Positions 56,330 to 64,000 of a stretch of 64,000 nt of DNA are shown here, piece by piece. Below the pieces are notes generated by a model. The model saw only the letters and a program-made list of their open reading frames with translations, searched no databases and was not told where the DNA came from. Positions within the stretch are counted from its first letter, which is position 1. The number at the start of each line of letters is the position of its first letter. Source of the DNA: an uncultured virus (IMG/VR IMGVR_UViG_2834966965_000001). Taxonomy: Duplodnaviria; Heunggongvirae; Uroviricota; Caudoviricetes. The position numbers were made by a program, and so were the translations under genes. The stretch lies in IMG/VR virus record IMGVR_UViG_2834966965_000001; one strand, written 5' to 3'.

Positions 56330-57235
56330 ATGGCAATACCGGATTTTCAGACCATAATGCTTCCTTTTCTAAAAATAGCTGAAGATGGGAAAGAGCATTC
56401 TAAACGAGAAGCAATAGATAACCTCACTAGTCTATTCAAACTCAGTGAAGCGGAACTAAGAGAATTGTTACCAAGCGGCAAACAAGAGTTATTTGATAAT
56501 AGGGTCGGCTGGGCAAGGACTTATTTAAAGAAGGCTGGATTATTAAACACAACTCGAAGAGGGTATTTCTGCATATCCGAACGGGGTCTAGAATTATTAA
56601 AGCAAAACCCAAGTAAAATTGATGTAAATTTACTCAAACAATATCCAGAATTCAAAGAATTCATTACCTATAAAAGCGATAAAAGTAATATTATTTCCAA
56701 AGAAGATGAAAAAACGACTCCTCAAGAGAGCTTGTATAATGCCTATCAGCGAATCACCGAAGAGCTCGCAAAAGACATTCTTCAGCAAATAAAAATGGTA
56801 TCTCCAAAAAACTTTGAAAATATAGTGGTTGATCTATTGGTCAAAATGGGTTATGGAGGGAGCGACAAGGATGCAGCACGTGCAATCGGAAGATCAGGAG
56901 ATGAAGGTGTTGACGGAGTAATCAATCAAGATACTCTAGGTATTGATAGGATTTATGTACAAGCCAAACGTTGGAATGATAAATCTGTTGGTCATCCGGA
57001 TATCAGGGACTTTATCGGCGCGCTTGATTTTAAACATGCTGAGAGGGGAATTTTTATCACCACTTCAACTTTCACAAAAGAGGTCAAGGAGAACGTAGAC
57101 CGCAGTTCCAAAAGGATTATTTTAATTGATGGGGACGAACTCGCCAAGCTAATGATTACTCATAAGGTCGGAGTATCTATTGAAGATACATTTGAGTTAA
57201 AAAAGATAGATATGGATTATTTTATTGAGGAATAA
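56330..57235 (+). CDS. mrr: Mrr type IV restriction endonuclease
   Basis: Mrr_N (MAIPDFQ...NRVGWARTYL) plus D.GVDG...QAKR catalytic domain. Confidence 0.93.
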   Translation: MAIPDFQTIMLPFLKIAEDGKEHSKREAIDNLTSLFKLSEAELRELLPSGKQELFDNRVGWARTYLKKAGLLNTTRRGYFCISERGLELLKQNPSKIDVNLLKQYPEFKEFITYKSDKSNIISKEDEKTTPQESLYNAYQRITEELAKDILQQIKMVSPKNFENIVVDLLVKMGYGGSDKDAARAIGRSGDEGVDGVINQDTLGIDRIYVQAKRWNDKSVGHPDIRDFIGALDFKHAERGIFITTSTFTKEVKENVDRSSKRIILIDGDELAKLMITHKVGVSIEDTFELKKIDMDYFIEE

Positions 57236-57270
57236 TTATAATATGACTCTATTTTTCAGGGAAGGAAAAT

Positions 57271-57297
57271 AAAATAGGCGGTTGTTCCGCCTATTTT
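57271..57297. terminator. Bidirectional intrinsic terminator
   Basis: AAAATAGGCGG/CCGCCTATTTT between convergent genes. Confidence 0.85.
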
Positions 57298-57300
57298 GGT

Positions 57301-59601
57301 TTAACTTTTAGATTTACCGCTTCCGTTAGCCAGGGCTAGGACCGCTATTCCGGCCACAGCTACCAAGCCCCAAGAAGAACTTGCTGCTGGAGGAGGCGTA
57401 ACTCCGGAGGGCGTGATTGTGATAGCCTTTTCCGCTACTTTATACCAGCCAGTTGTCGGAGGAGTAGGACTAATCGGATTAACTACAGCCCCACCTGGAC
57501 AACCTTCCAAAACCGCCTTGCCGGTTAAAACCGTTTTCCCCATCACTCCCAGGAGTACCTTAATGGTATCGGTAGCGTCCCGGCCCAGGTGAATCGTGTC
57601 CACTTTGCCGCTTAAAGTGCCCAGGGTAACAGTGGTCCGTGTCCACCAGCCGTTAATTTGTTGCCAGGCATTATCATCAAAGGCCTGGATTTGAACATTT
57701 AACTCCAGCGGACTCCCGGTTTTAATTGTGGCAGGTTGCACACCTACGATCTGCCCGGTTATTTCCCCGGATCCTGGCGTCGCCACAACAATAACGGCCC
57801 CCATCTTGACCGGAGAGATTACCTCAGGACTTGCGATCTTAGCATACACATCATAGGGACTCTTAGACGGATCTATGCCCTCACTAATGAATATAGGGAT
57901 CTTGCCGGTCTGTGGACTCCAAGATGCACAAGCCGGGATATTAATATCCTGGGTAGCATTTAGGACTTCATCAAAGCCGAAAATGCCCTTAATACCGATA
58001 GCCCCATAGAGTTGTTTGGAGGTTGCCGGTCCCAGGTATTCAAAGATTGTCTCGATCCAGCAAGTATTTCCGACACTTACCGGAGAGGTGACTGTTTTAA
58101 TTACCAGGTTACGGAATTGTGGATTAGTGCCCTGGACGATGATCACGTCTTGCTGGGTAGGCGAAACGATCTCCGGGAATGCCCCATCAAATTTGGCATA
58201 GCAGCTGTAAGGGCTATTTGCCGGATCAATAGCTGAACTGACATTCACATTCACGTCCACGTAATAGGTAGTCCAGTCATCGGATTTGGGTATCTGGACG
58301 CTAACCGATCCGGTAATAATCTCGTCGAAACCGGCCCATCCGGCAGATCCGATAGCTGCGTAAAGCACCTTAGACATAGCCGATCCACGGTAGTCCCAGG
58401 ATACCGATATTTTACAGTTTTGCCCTACTTTTACCGGCGTGGTCCAGCTGGTAACCATCAAATTCCGGAATTCTGGATTAGGGACCGGATTGCCTCCATT
58501 TACAACGATCACATTGGTCAGTGTAGGAGAGCTTACTCCTCCAATCTTGACATAAAGGCAATAAGGACTATGAGTGGGATCTATGGCCGAAGTAACAGGG
58601 ACCGCTATATCCATAGTTACCGAAGTCCAGGACCGGGCCTCCGGCATAAAGAAAAGCTGATCTTTCCATTCTATCTCGTCAAACATTCCTAATAATATTT
58701 GACCGATGGAAGCGTGTAAGTTTTCCGCACAAGCCGGTCCCTGGTATTCACAAGTTACCCGGACTTGACAGGTCCCTCCCTGGTCCACCTGAGCCGTATA
58801 GCTCACTATCTTTACATTTTTCCAGGCCGAAGCTGGTATGTCCGTCCCTACCATGAGAACGTTTACCAGCGTGGGCGAGATAATGGTAGGGAATACCCCG
58901 TTAAACTTGGCATAGATCGAATATGGCGAATTAGCCGGGTTAATCGCCGTGGTAACCGGCACATCTACCCCGACATAGTATTGCGTCCATACCTGAGTTT
59001 CCGGGATCTGGACCCATACCTCCCCAGTTAGGATCTCGTCAAAACCGCCCCATCCGGAGGACCCTATAGCTGCATGAAGTAGCTTGGAGAGAGCCGGTCC
59101 CTGGTATTCAAACTGTACCTCTACCCGGCAGTTTTGCCCGGCCTTGACCGGGTTCGTGTACTGATAGGCTGTGAGATTTCTAAACTCGGATTGAGGGACC
59201 GGAGGATTGCCAGGAATGGCGGATCCGTAAAAACTTGCCAGGTGTACCATTCCGTCTGGGAGTCCATATCCCCAATCCATCCAGGCTCTAAATGAGTTCC
59301 AATCCCATGACTGAGACGCGTAAGGCGTACCGAATAGGAAAAAGCTGATATAAGAGTTTTCATTTGGCATATTAGCCAGGTCATACGCACGGTTATCGCC
59401 TCCGTCTCCTCCCCACTGGACCGTTTGATCCAGGACCTTACCATAGGGATTCCCCTGCCAAAGCTGATATGAGGTAGCAATCAAAAAAGTTTTCCAGAGA
59501 GTGCCATCATTGTTAGCCACATACCAATCAATATTCGCCTTGAGCATTTGCCCGGCCGCGACCTGGGGAATATCTATGCTGATTAGTTGCCCGGTAATCA
59601 T
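57301..59601 (-). CDS. Membrane-anchored protein with four tandem ~115-120-aa Ig-like repeats
   Basis: FRNL...G..C...EY.GP...IG...FDE...SPY..Y.K repeated four times; C-terminal TM. Confidence 0.85.
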   Translation of the reverse strand: MITGQLISIDIPQVAAGQMLKANIDWYVANNDGTLWKTFLIATSYQLWQGNPYGKVLDQTVQWGGDGGDNRAYDLANMPNENSYISFFLFGTPYASQSWDWNSFRAWMDWGYGLPDGMVHLASFYGSAIPGNPPVPQSEFRNLTAYQYTNPVKAGQNCRVEVQFEYQGPALSKLLHAAIGSSGWGGFDEILTGEVWVQIPETQVWTQYYVGVDVPVTTAINPANSPYSIYAKFNGVFPTIISPTLVNVLMVGTDIPASAWKNVKIVSYTAQVDQGGTCQVRVTCEYQGPACAENLHASIGQILLGMFDEIEWKDQLFFMPEARSWTSVTMDIAVPVTSAIDPTHSPYCLYVKIGGVSSPTLTNVIVVNGGNPVPNPEFRNLMVTSWTTPVKVGQNCKISVSWDYRGSAMSKVLYAAIGSAGWAGFDEIITGSVSVQIPKSDDWTTYYVDVNVNVSSAIDPANSPYSCYAKFDGAFPEIVSPTQQDVIIVQGTNPQFRNLVIKTVTSPVSVGNTCWIETIFEYLGPATSKQLYGAIGIKGIFGFDEVLNATQDINIPACASWSPQTGKIPIFISEGIDPSKSPYDVYAKIASPEVISPVKMGAVIVVATPGSGEITGQIVGVQPATIKTGSPLELNVQIQAFDDNAWQQINGWWTRTTVTLGTLSGKVDTIHLGRDATDTIKVLLGVMGKTVLTGKAVLEGCPGGAVVNPISPTPPTTGWYKVAEKAITITPSGVTPPPAASSSWGLVAVAGIAVLALANGSGKSKS

Positions 59602-60059
59602 TTACTTGCCTCCTTATTGCTGGATCGTCCAGCCCCCAATAGAACAATACCAAACAGGACAGCGATAGCTATTGCTCCTATTCCGATAGCAGTAGCAGCT
59701 CCCGGAGAATATTGGGCAATATCATCTACCTGTTTGACCGTGAAGAAAACAAAGATAATCGCCAATACCGCCAGGACTCCCAGGATGATCGCATTCCACC
59801 AAAGCGGAGAGGCCGAAGCGACTAATTCCACCATGTAATCCGTTGTAAAGATCCCGGATTTATCCTCATATACCCTTAACTCCAGAAGTAAGCTGCCCTG
59901 GGCCTGGAGTTCGTTTACATGGGCGTTTACCAGGTCCTCAGCCCTCCAGTTGGCCCCCATCTGATCCGGGAGATTGACCCTGAAAGTATAGACACACCTT
60001 TCCGCATGGCCGTTAAATTCCTGGTTTGCTTTAACTTCTTTGATTAATTGATAAGCCAT
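59598..60059 (-). CDS. Two-TM membrane protein
   Basis: C-terminal hydrophobic helices. Confidence 0.72.
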   Translation of the reverse strand: MAYQLIKEVKANQEFNGHAERCVYTFRVNLPDQMGANWRAEDLVNAHVNELQAQGSLLLELRVYEDKSGIFTTDYMVELVASASPLWWNAIILGVLAVLAIIFVFFTVKQVDDIAQYSPGAATAIGIGAIAIAVLFGIVLLGAGRSSNKEASK

Positions 60060-60062
60060 ATA

Positions 60063-60386
60063 TCACCCCTTTTTAGGTTGATATTTTTCGAGTATGTGTA
60101 AGATCGCATTAACGTTCCCCTCGACATTAGCTAGTTTTTCGTTGATCCCTTGAAACGAGTCCCGGCATTCTGGAATGATCTCCAGATGGACTTGATGAAT
60201 TTTGCAAGTAAGATCTTGAAAGTCTTTGTCATGTTTCTCCTTAAGTTCTTTAATTTTCACGTCCTGGTTGGCTAGCTTGGTATTAATGGATCCGATTGTC
60301 CGTCCCCAGGCATAAGCCCATACCAGGACATTCAAGATAATCGCGATTAAGACTCCGCTGATTATTGCCGAAATGGATAATTCCAT
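60063..60386 (-). CDS. N-terminal TM + coiled-coil protein
   Basis: TM followed by a heptad pattern. Confidence 0.7.
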   Translation of the reverse strand: MELSISAIISGVLIAIILNVLVWAYAWGRTIGSINTKLANQDVKIKELKEKHDKDFQDLTCKIHQVHLEIIPECRDSFQGINEKLANVEGNVNAILHILEKYQPKKG

Positions 60387-60571
60387 TACTTAGTCCCTCC
60401 AGGATCCTCAGGTTTTTTACGAAAGTAGTATTGAAGCACTAAGGTCCAGGAGACGATTGTTGCTCCCAGTACTTCGCTTGGCAGCATTAGCCAGCTATTC
60501 ACAATCCACAAGGCTGGGATAAGAATAATAAGAAATAAAGCTAGGCGATCATTAAAGAATTTCCATCCCAT
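60386..60571 (-). CDS. Small two-TM, holin-like protein
   Basis: Two TMs and a YYFRKK charged tail; GGAGG SD. Confidence 0.6.
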   Translation of the reverse strand: MGWKFFNDRLALFLIILIPALWIVNSWLMLPSEVLGATIVSWTLVLQYYFRKKPEDPGGTK

Positions 60572-60580
60572 AGGTCCCTC

Positions 60581-61327
60581 CTAGGCCAGATAAACTAACG
60601 ATATTGTGTACTGTAACCGGATTTGACCTGCGTTTGGAATAAGGATCTCCGGACTCAAAACATCTCGACTAAAGAGAAAATTACTCATGCTGTAGGCTGT
60701 ACCAGTTTGCATCTTGACGATATAGCCAATTTCTCTTACCGTGATGTCTCCTCCGGAATTATTATTCATAAATCTGACCATACTATCGGTTAGAGTTTTA
60801 GTGCCAGCGTCATAACTGAGAACAGGGGCCTCTTGAGCAATCATTGAGAGCTGTCCACTCCCTAGTCCGTTAGCGATTGGAGTTTGTAGGTTGTAATGCT
60901 CAAAACTTTCAACTGCCCCATTGGTCCCTACAACTATGCCATGACCGGCATCGTTAGCAGCCGCCCTTGATCCTCTCCCAGCACTTTCGTTTTCCCTCGT
61001 TTCAACATTGTAGTAATCAATATAAGTTACCCAAGCACCATAAGAACCGGTGTATCTGGTAATATTTCCGTCAGTTTTTTTATAACTGAGAAGTCCGGAT
61101 CCATAAGTGGCGTCTGTGGGGTTTGAACTTCCAAGCTGGCAAAAGATCAGGTTATAAGAGTTCCGTGTCCAGCTATGACTTCGCTGTTTACGGTGAGTCA
61201 CGATCTTGCCGTTTTGGGTTACTCGAATATCCAAGTGTCCACAAAGGATCGGTATTCCAAGTTTCTTCCCCAGAGCCTCAAGCCGTTGGTATTTAGCTTC
61301 GGTTTCGGGCGTATCTAAAATTAGCAT
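60581..61327 (-). CDS. Virion fibre/collar-like protein, paralogue 2
   Basis: KQRSHSWTRN...NNSGG.ITVREI...RDVL shared with 61340-62077. Confidence 0.7.
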   Translation of the reverse strand: MLILDTPETEAKYQRLEALGKKLGIPILCGHLDIRVTQNGKIVTHRKQRSHSWTRNSYNLIFCQLGSSNPTDATYGSGLLSYKKTDGNITRYTGSYGAWVTYIDYYNVETRENESAGRGSRAAANDAGHGIVVGTNGAVESFEHYNLQTPIANGLGSGQLSMIAQEAPVLSYDAGTKTLTDSMVRFMNNNSGGDITVREIGYIVKMQTGTAYSMSNFLFSRDVLSPEILIPNAGQIRLQYTISLVYLA

Positions 61328-61339
61328 TTTATTACTCCT

Positions 61340-62077
61340 TTATACTGGATAGGTCAGCGCGATCGTGTAAGTTACTTTTAACTGTCCAGCGTTAGGTAGG
61401 GCAATCTCGGGGGCAAGAACGTCTCTTCCAACCATCAGCGTAGGAAATTGACCATAAATCATACCTCTAGTGTATTGAGCAATTTCCCTTACCGTGATAA
61501 TGCCTCCGGAGTTGTTGTTCATGTAACGGGCAATAGCCACACTCCAGGTTTTGGTTCCGGCATCCCAGGACTTTACATTAGTCAAATGAGCCGAGTAGTT
61601 GAGTTTTCCAGATGAGGCCCCTTCGGTAATGGGCGTCTGGAGAGCAAATCCGTTGAAGTCCTCGACAGCGTTTCCGGATCCTGCGACAATTCCAGCAGCT
61701 AGGGATCCAGTATCGGCCCGGTAGCTACTGCCAAGACCTTCGGAGTCCCCAGGGGCGAAGTTGCTAATTCCGCTTACAATGTGTCCAGCGTAATTATTAC
61801 CGTAAATAGTTCCGTTGGTGTACTTCATGGTCAGGACTCCACCCTCGAAAGTGGCCCCTGAGTAGTTTTTGGCAGTTAATTGAGTGAACAAGCCATTATA
61901 AGCGTTCCGTGTCCAGCTATGACTCCGTTGCTTATGATGATGGATAGTCTTTCCCTTCAAGGTGACTTCCATTTCCAGGAAACACTCCGGGACCGGGATA
62001 CCAAGCTCAAGTCCCAATTTAGCCATTTCCCGGTATTCTCTTTCGGATTTCTTTGGTTCTGTATATTTACAGGTCAT
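61340..62077 (-). CDS. Virion fibre/collar-like protein, paralogue 1
   Basis: Same motifs as 60581-61327; AAGGAGG SD. Confidence 0.7.
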   Translation of the reverse strand: MTCKYTEPKKSEREYREMAKLGLELGIPVPECFLEMEVTLKGKTIHHHKQRSHSWTRNAYNGLFTQLTAKNYSGATFEGGVLTMKYTNGTIYGNNYAGHIVSGISNFAPGDSEGLGSSYRADTGSLAAGIVAGSGNAVEDFNGFALQTPITEGASSGKLNYSAHLTNVKSWDAGTKTWSVAIARYMNNNSGGIITVREIAQYTRGMIYGQFPTLMVGRDVLAPEIALPNAGQLKVTYTIALTYPV

Positions 62078-62088
62078 TATTGCCTCCT

Positions 62089-63306
62089 TTAGTACGTCCC
62101 GATCCAGACCCTGCCTAAGATTGGCTGAGTGGTTTGGCTAGTGTATGCCGTAACTTCGGCTTTTACCCAATAGAGGTTATAGGCCAGGATTGTTGTTATG
62201 GCCCAATCCCCAGGTCTGGTGAAGTGGATAGTATGTCTGCCTGGACGTTTCCAGCTATTTGATTTGTCCCCATCGCTACTTAAAGTTAGAGGTAGCCAAG
62301 AGACACCATTGTAATATTTCCAGGTGATTGTGTATGTTCCGACTCCGGCTTGGTTTACCCACACGTTCACGTAGTCAAACGGAGAACTATTACCAACGTA
62401 AAGACCATCCCCAACAGCCGTTGGATTTGGAGTGGCCGGAACATCAAGAGAGTTATTTCCATACTCCTCAAACAACAATTCTCTAGTGGCGTCAGCGGTC
62501 CATGATCCTCCGGAGTTGGTAGAACTACACTTTTGCCCTCCAGCATATCCGGCAGCCGAAGATCTCCAGTTAAGGGTCCCGGCGGCCGTTCTCACGACAA
62601 TAGCGTAAACGGTTCCAGCAGTTAAAGCGGTTCCAGCCCCTAGAGAGATGTCGTAAACTCTTTCGTCATTTGAGCTACTAAGTTGGCCTCCGTCCAGGGT
62701 TCCACTACAAAGATCGCCTCCAGTGGGCAGACCGCCAGATGTAGCCCGGATTGAGACGGTAATTGCCCCAACACTAGATCCATAAAGGCAAAGCCTCACT
62801 CCCCGGATAGTGTGATTTGTGCCTGGAGTAAAGGTCATGGCTTTCCAGGTAGTATTAGTAATACTTTCCTGGTTGTCGTCATTTTGTAGCCAGGACTGAT
62901 CTACTACAGGGTCGCTATTGGCCTGGGTTGTTACTTCGGTATCTGTGGGAGGCGCATCATCATGGCTGACAACTCTTTCCGAGTCGCTGATGGCAGCTTG
63001 AATGCAAACCTGGGCAATAGTGGGAACAGGACACGTCAGGCTAGGCGTAGCGGTTTCCGCACCGCTAAAGGTAGCAATAGCCTGGGCCTGGATGGTAGGA
63101 ACCGGAATATTCAGACTTGGGCGAGCTTGAGCTTGCCACTGGACCATTGTGCCCTCAATCCCAAATATAATCGTATGCCACTTGATATTAGGGGCAGCCA
63201 GGTCAGCATCTACTCCCACCAGGCCGGAGGGGTTGCCTCGATGGAGTCCCTTTTTGTAATCTGAGCTATCGGGAGATAAGAACCTACGAGCTACATAAAA
63301 TCCCAT
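62089..63306 (-). CDS. Putative receptor-binding protein with the shared AMTFT/GQTFT beta domain
   Basis: ATSGGLPTG...LTAGTVYAI...STNSGGSWT closely matches the E2 spike insert. Confidence 0.78.
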   Translation of the reverse strand: MGFYVARRFLSPDSSDYKKGLHRGNPSGLVGVDADLAAPNIKWHTIIFGIEGTMVQWQAQARPSLNIPVPTIQAQAIATFSGAETATPSLTCPVPTIAQVCIQAAISDSERVVSHDDAPPTDTEVTTQANSDPVVDQSWLQNDDNQESITNTTWKAMTFTPGTNHTIRGVRLCLYGSSVGAITVSIRATSGGLPTGGDLCSGTLDGGQLSSSNDERVYDISLGAGTALTAGTVYAIVVRTAAGTLNWRSSAAGYAGGQKCSSTNSGGSWTADATRELLFEEYGNNSLDVPATPNPTAVGDGLYVGNSSPFDYVNVWVNQAGVGTYTITWKYYNGVSWLPLTLSSDGDKSNSWKRPGRHTIHFTRPGDWAITTILAYNLYWVKAEVTAYTSQTTQPILGRVWIGTY

Positions 63307-63710
63307 TATTTCTCCTCCAGCGTGTACTCATAAGGGATCGCCTTGCCGTTATCCAGGGCGTTATCGCTTTGCGCTTCAACACGGAAGGCCTCATAGATCC
63401 CGAGAGGGCTGTTAATCACCGGAATTGCCTGGGGATCAGCCCCGACAATATAGTCATCGTCCAGGATACATTTCTCTGTTCCGTTGACTTGCTGATAAAG
63501 TCGGATGCTGATGTTTGCAGCAGCAGTTAACGCCGAAAGGTCTACCAGGAGAGAGTCAATCATCTTTCCATCGTCATTTTGTCCGATAGTTACGAGATCG
63601 GCCCCGGCCGTGCCACTGGTCGCCACTCCGGATTGCCAGTTAGCGGTTACGGATCCCTTATAGCGTTCAATCTCCGAAGAATATGCCTTAATATTCAGCT
63701 TATTCACCAT
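63306..63710 (-). CDS. Small beta-rich putative virion protein
   Basis: Operonic; alternating beta pattern. Confidence 0.65.
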   Translation of the reverse strand: MVNKLNIKAYSSEIERYKGSVTANWQSGVATSGTAGADLVTIGQNDDGKMIDSLLVDLSALTAAANISIRLYQQVNGTEKCILDDDYIVGADPQAIPVINSPLGIYEAFRVEAQSDNALDNGKAIPYEYTLEEK

Positions 63711-63980
63711 TTAGATCGCCTCCTGGGTAATAACCGAGGCTGTGACAGTCCCTAAAGTCGGATTAACCGAGGGCGTAACCGTACAAGCGATAAAAGGCAT
63801 CCACTCCTCAAGTTTGAGTCCGTAAGCCCCTTTCTCACCGGCTGCGATTTTGAAAGTATTGATCTGATAGGATCCCTCAATGTTATCGCTGGAATTGCCC
63901 ATTACAGCAACCGTGACCTCTTGATTAAATCCGTTGAGGACTGATAAGAGTACCCGGTTTGCTGCCAAGACGTTAGCCAT
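63711..63980 (-). CDS. Small beta-rich putative virion protein (may start beyond the window)
   Basis: Operonic; beta pattern. Confidence 0.6.
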   Translation of the reverse strand: MANVLAANRVLLSVLNGFNQEVTVAVMGNSSDNIEGSYQINTFKIAAGEKGAYGLKLEEWMPFIACTVTPSVNPTLGTVTASVITQEAI

Positions 63981-64000
63981 GCGTTGAGCTTTTAGAACAT

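Larger units (their letters stand above)
43712..64000. mobile_element. Element E3: serine-integrase provirus/IME, truncated by the window end
   Basis: Large serine recombinase, ImmA/ImmR-like switch, primase-helicase, origin, R-M cargo and beta-rich structural operon. Confidence 0.82.

Overview
The window is entirely mobile DNA: three different elements stacked in tandem at the 3' half of a tRNA-Ala(GGC) gene. The same 45-bp att core occurs at 15472-15516 and 43667-43711; the intact tRNA probably lies just upstream of base 1. E1 (1-15516) has a tyrosine integrase, a rolling-circle Rep with hairpin origin, SSB, a membrane-protein morphogenesis operon with a Zot/pI-like ATPase, a CI/LexA-like repressor, an R-M pair whose HNH nuclease is broken by an IS3-family element, and AT-rich defence-like cargo. 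E2 (15517-43711, 28.2 kb) has a related integrase, repressor and morphogenesis module, but a primase-helicase with iteron origin, a 1570-aa protein with a nucleotidyltransferase motif, and a nucleotide-modification-like gene cluster. E3 (43712 to beyond the window end) has a large serine recombinase, an ImmA/ImmR-type switch, a primase-helicase with GATTACA iterons, C-regulated R-M plus Mrr, and beta-rich virion-like genes. The best candidate for an undescribed system is that the putative major coat proteins of E1 and E2 are two-helix hydrophobic hairpins resembling capsid proteins of archaeal spindle-shaped viruses, in a clearly bacterial context. The overall style suggests Dehalococcoidia, which is an inference only. 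All three elements also carry the same ~135-aa beta domain in otherwise different spike-like proteins. All calls come from reading motifs by eye; no searches were run.
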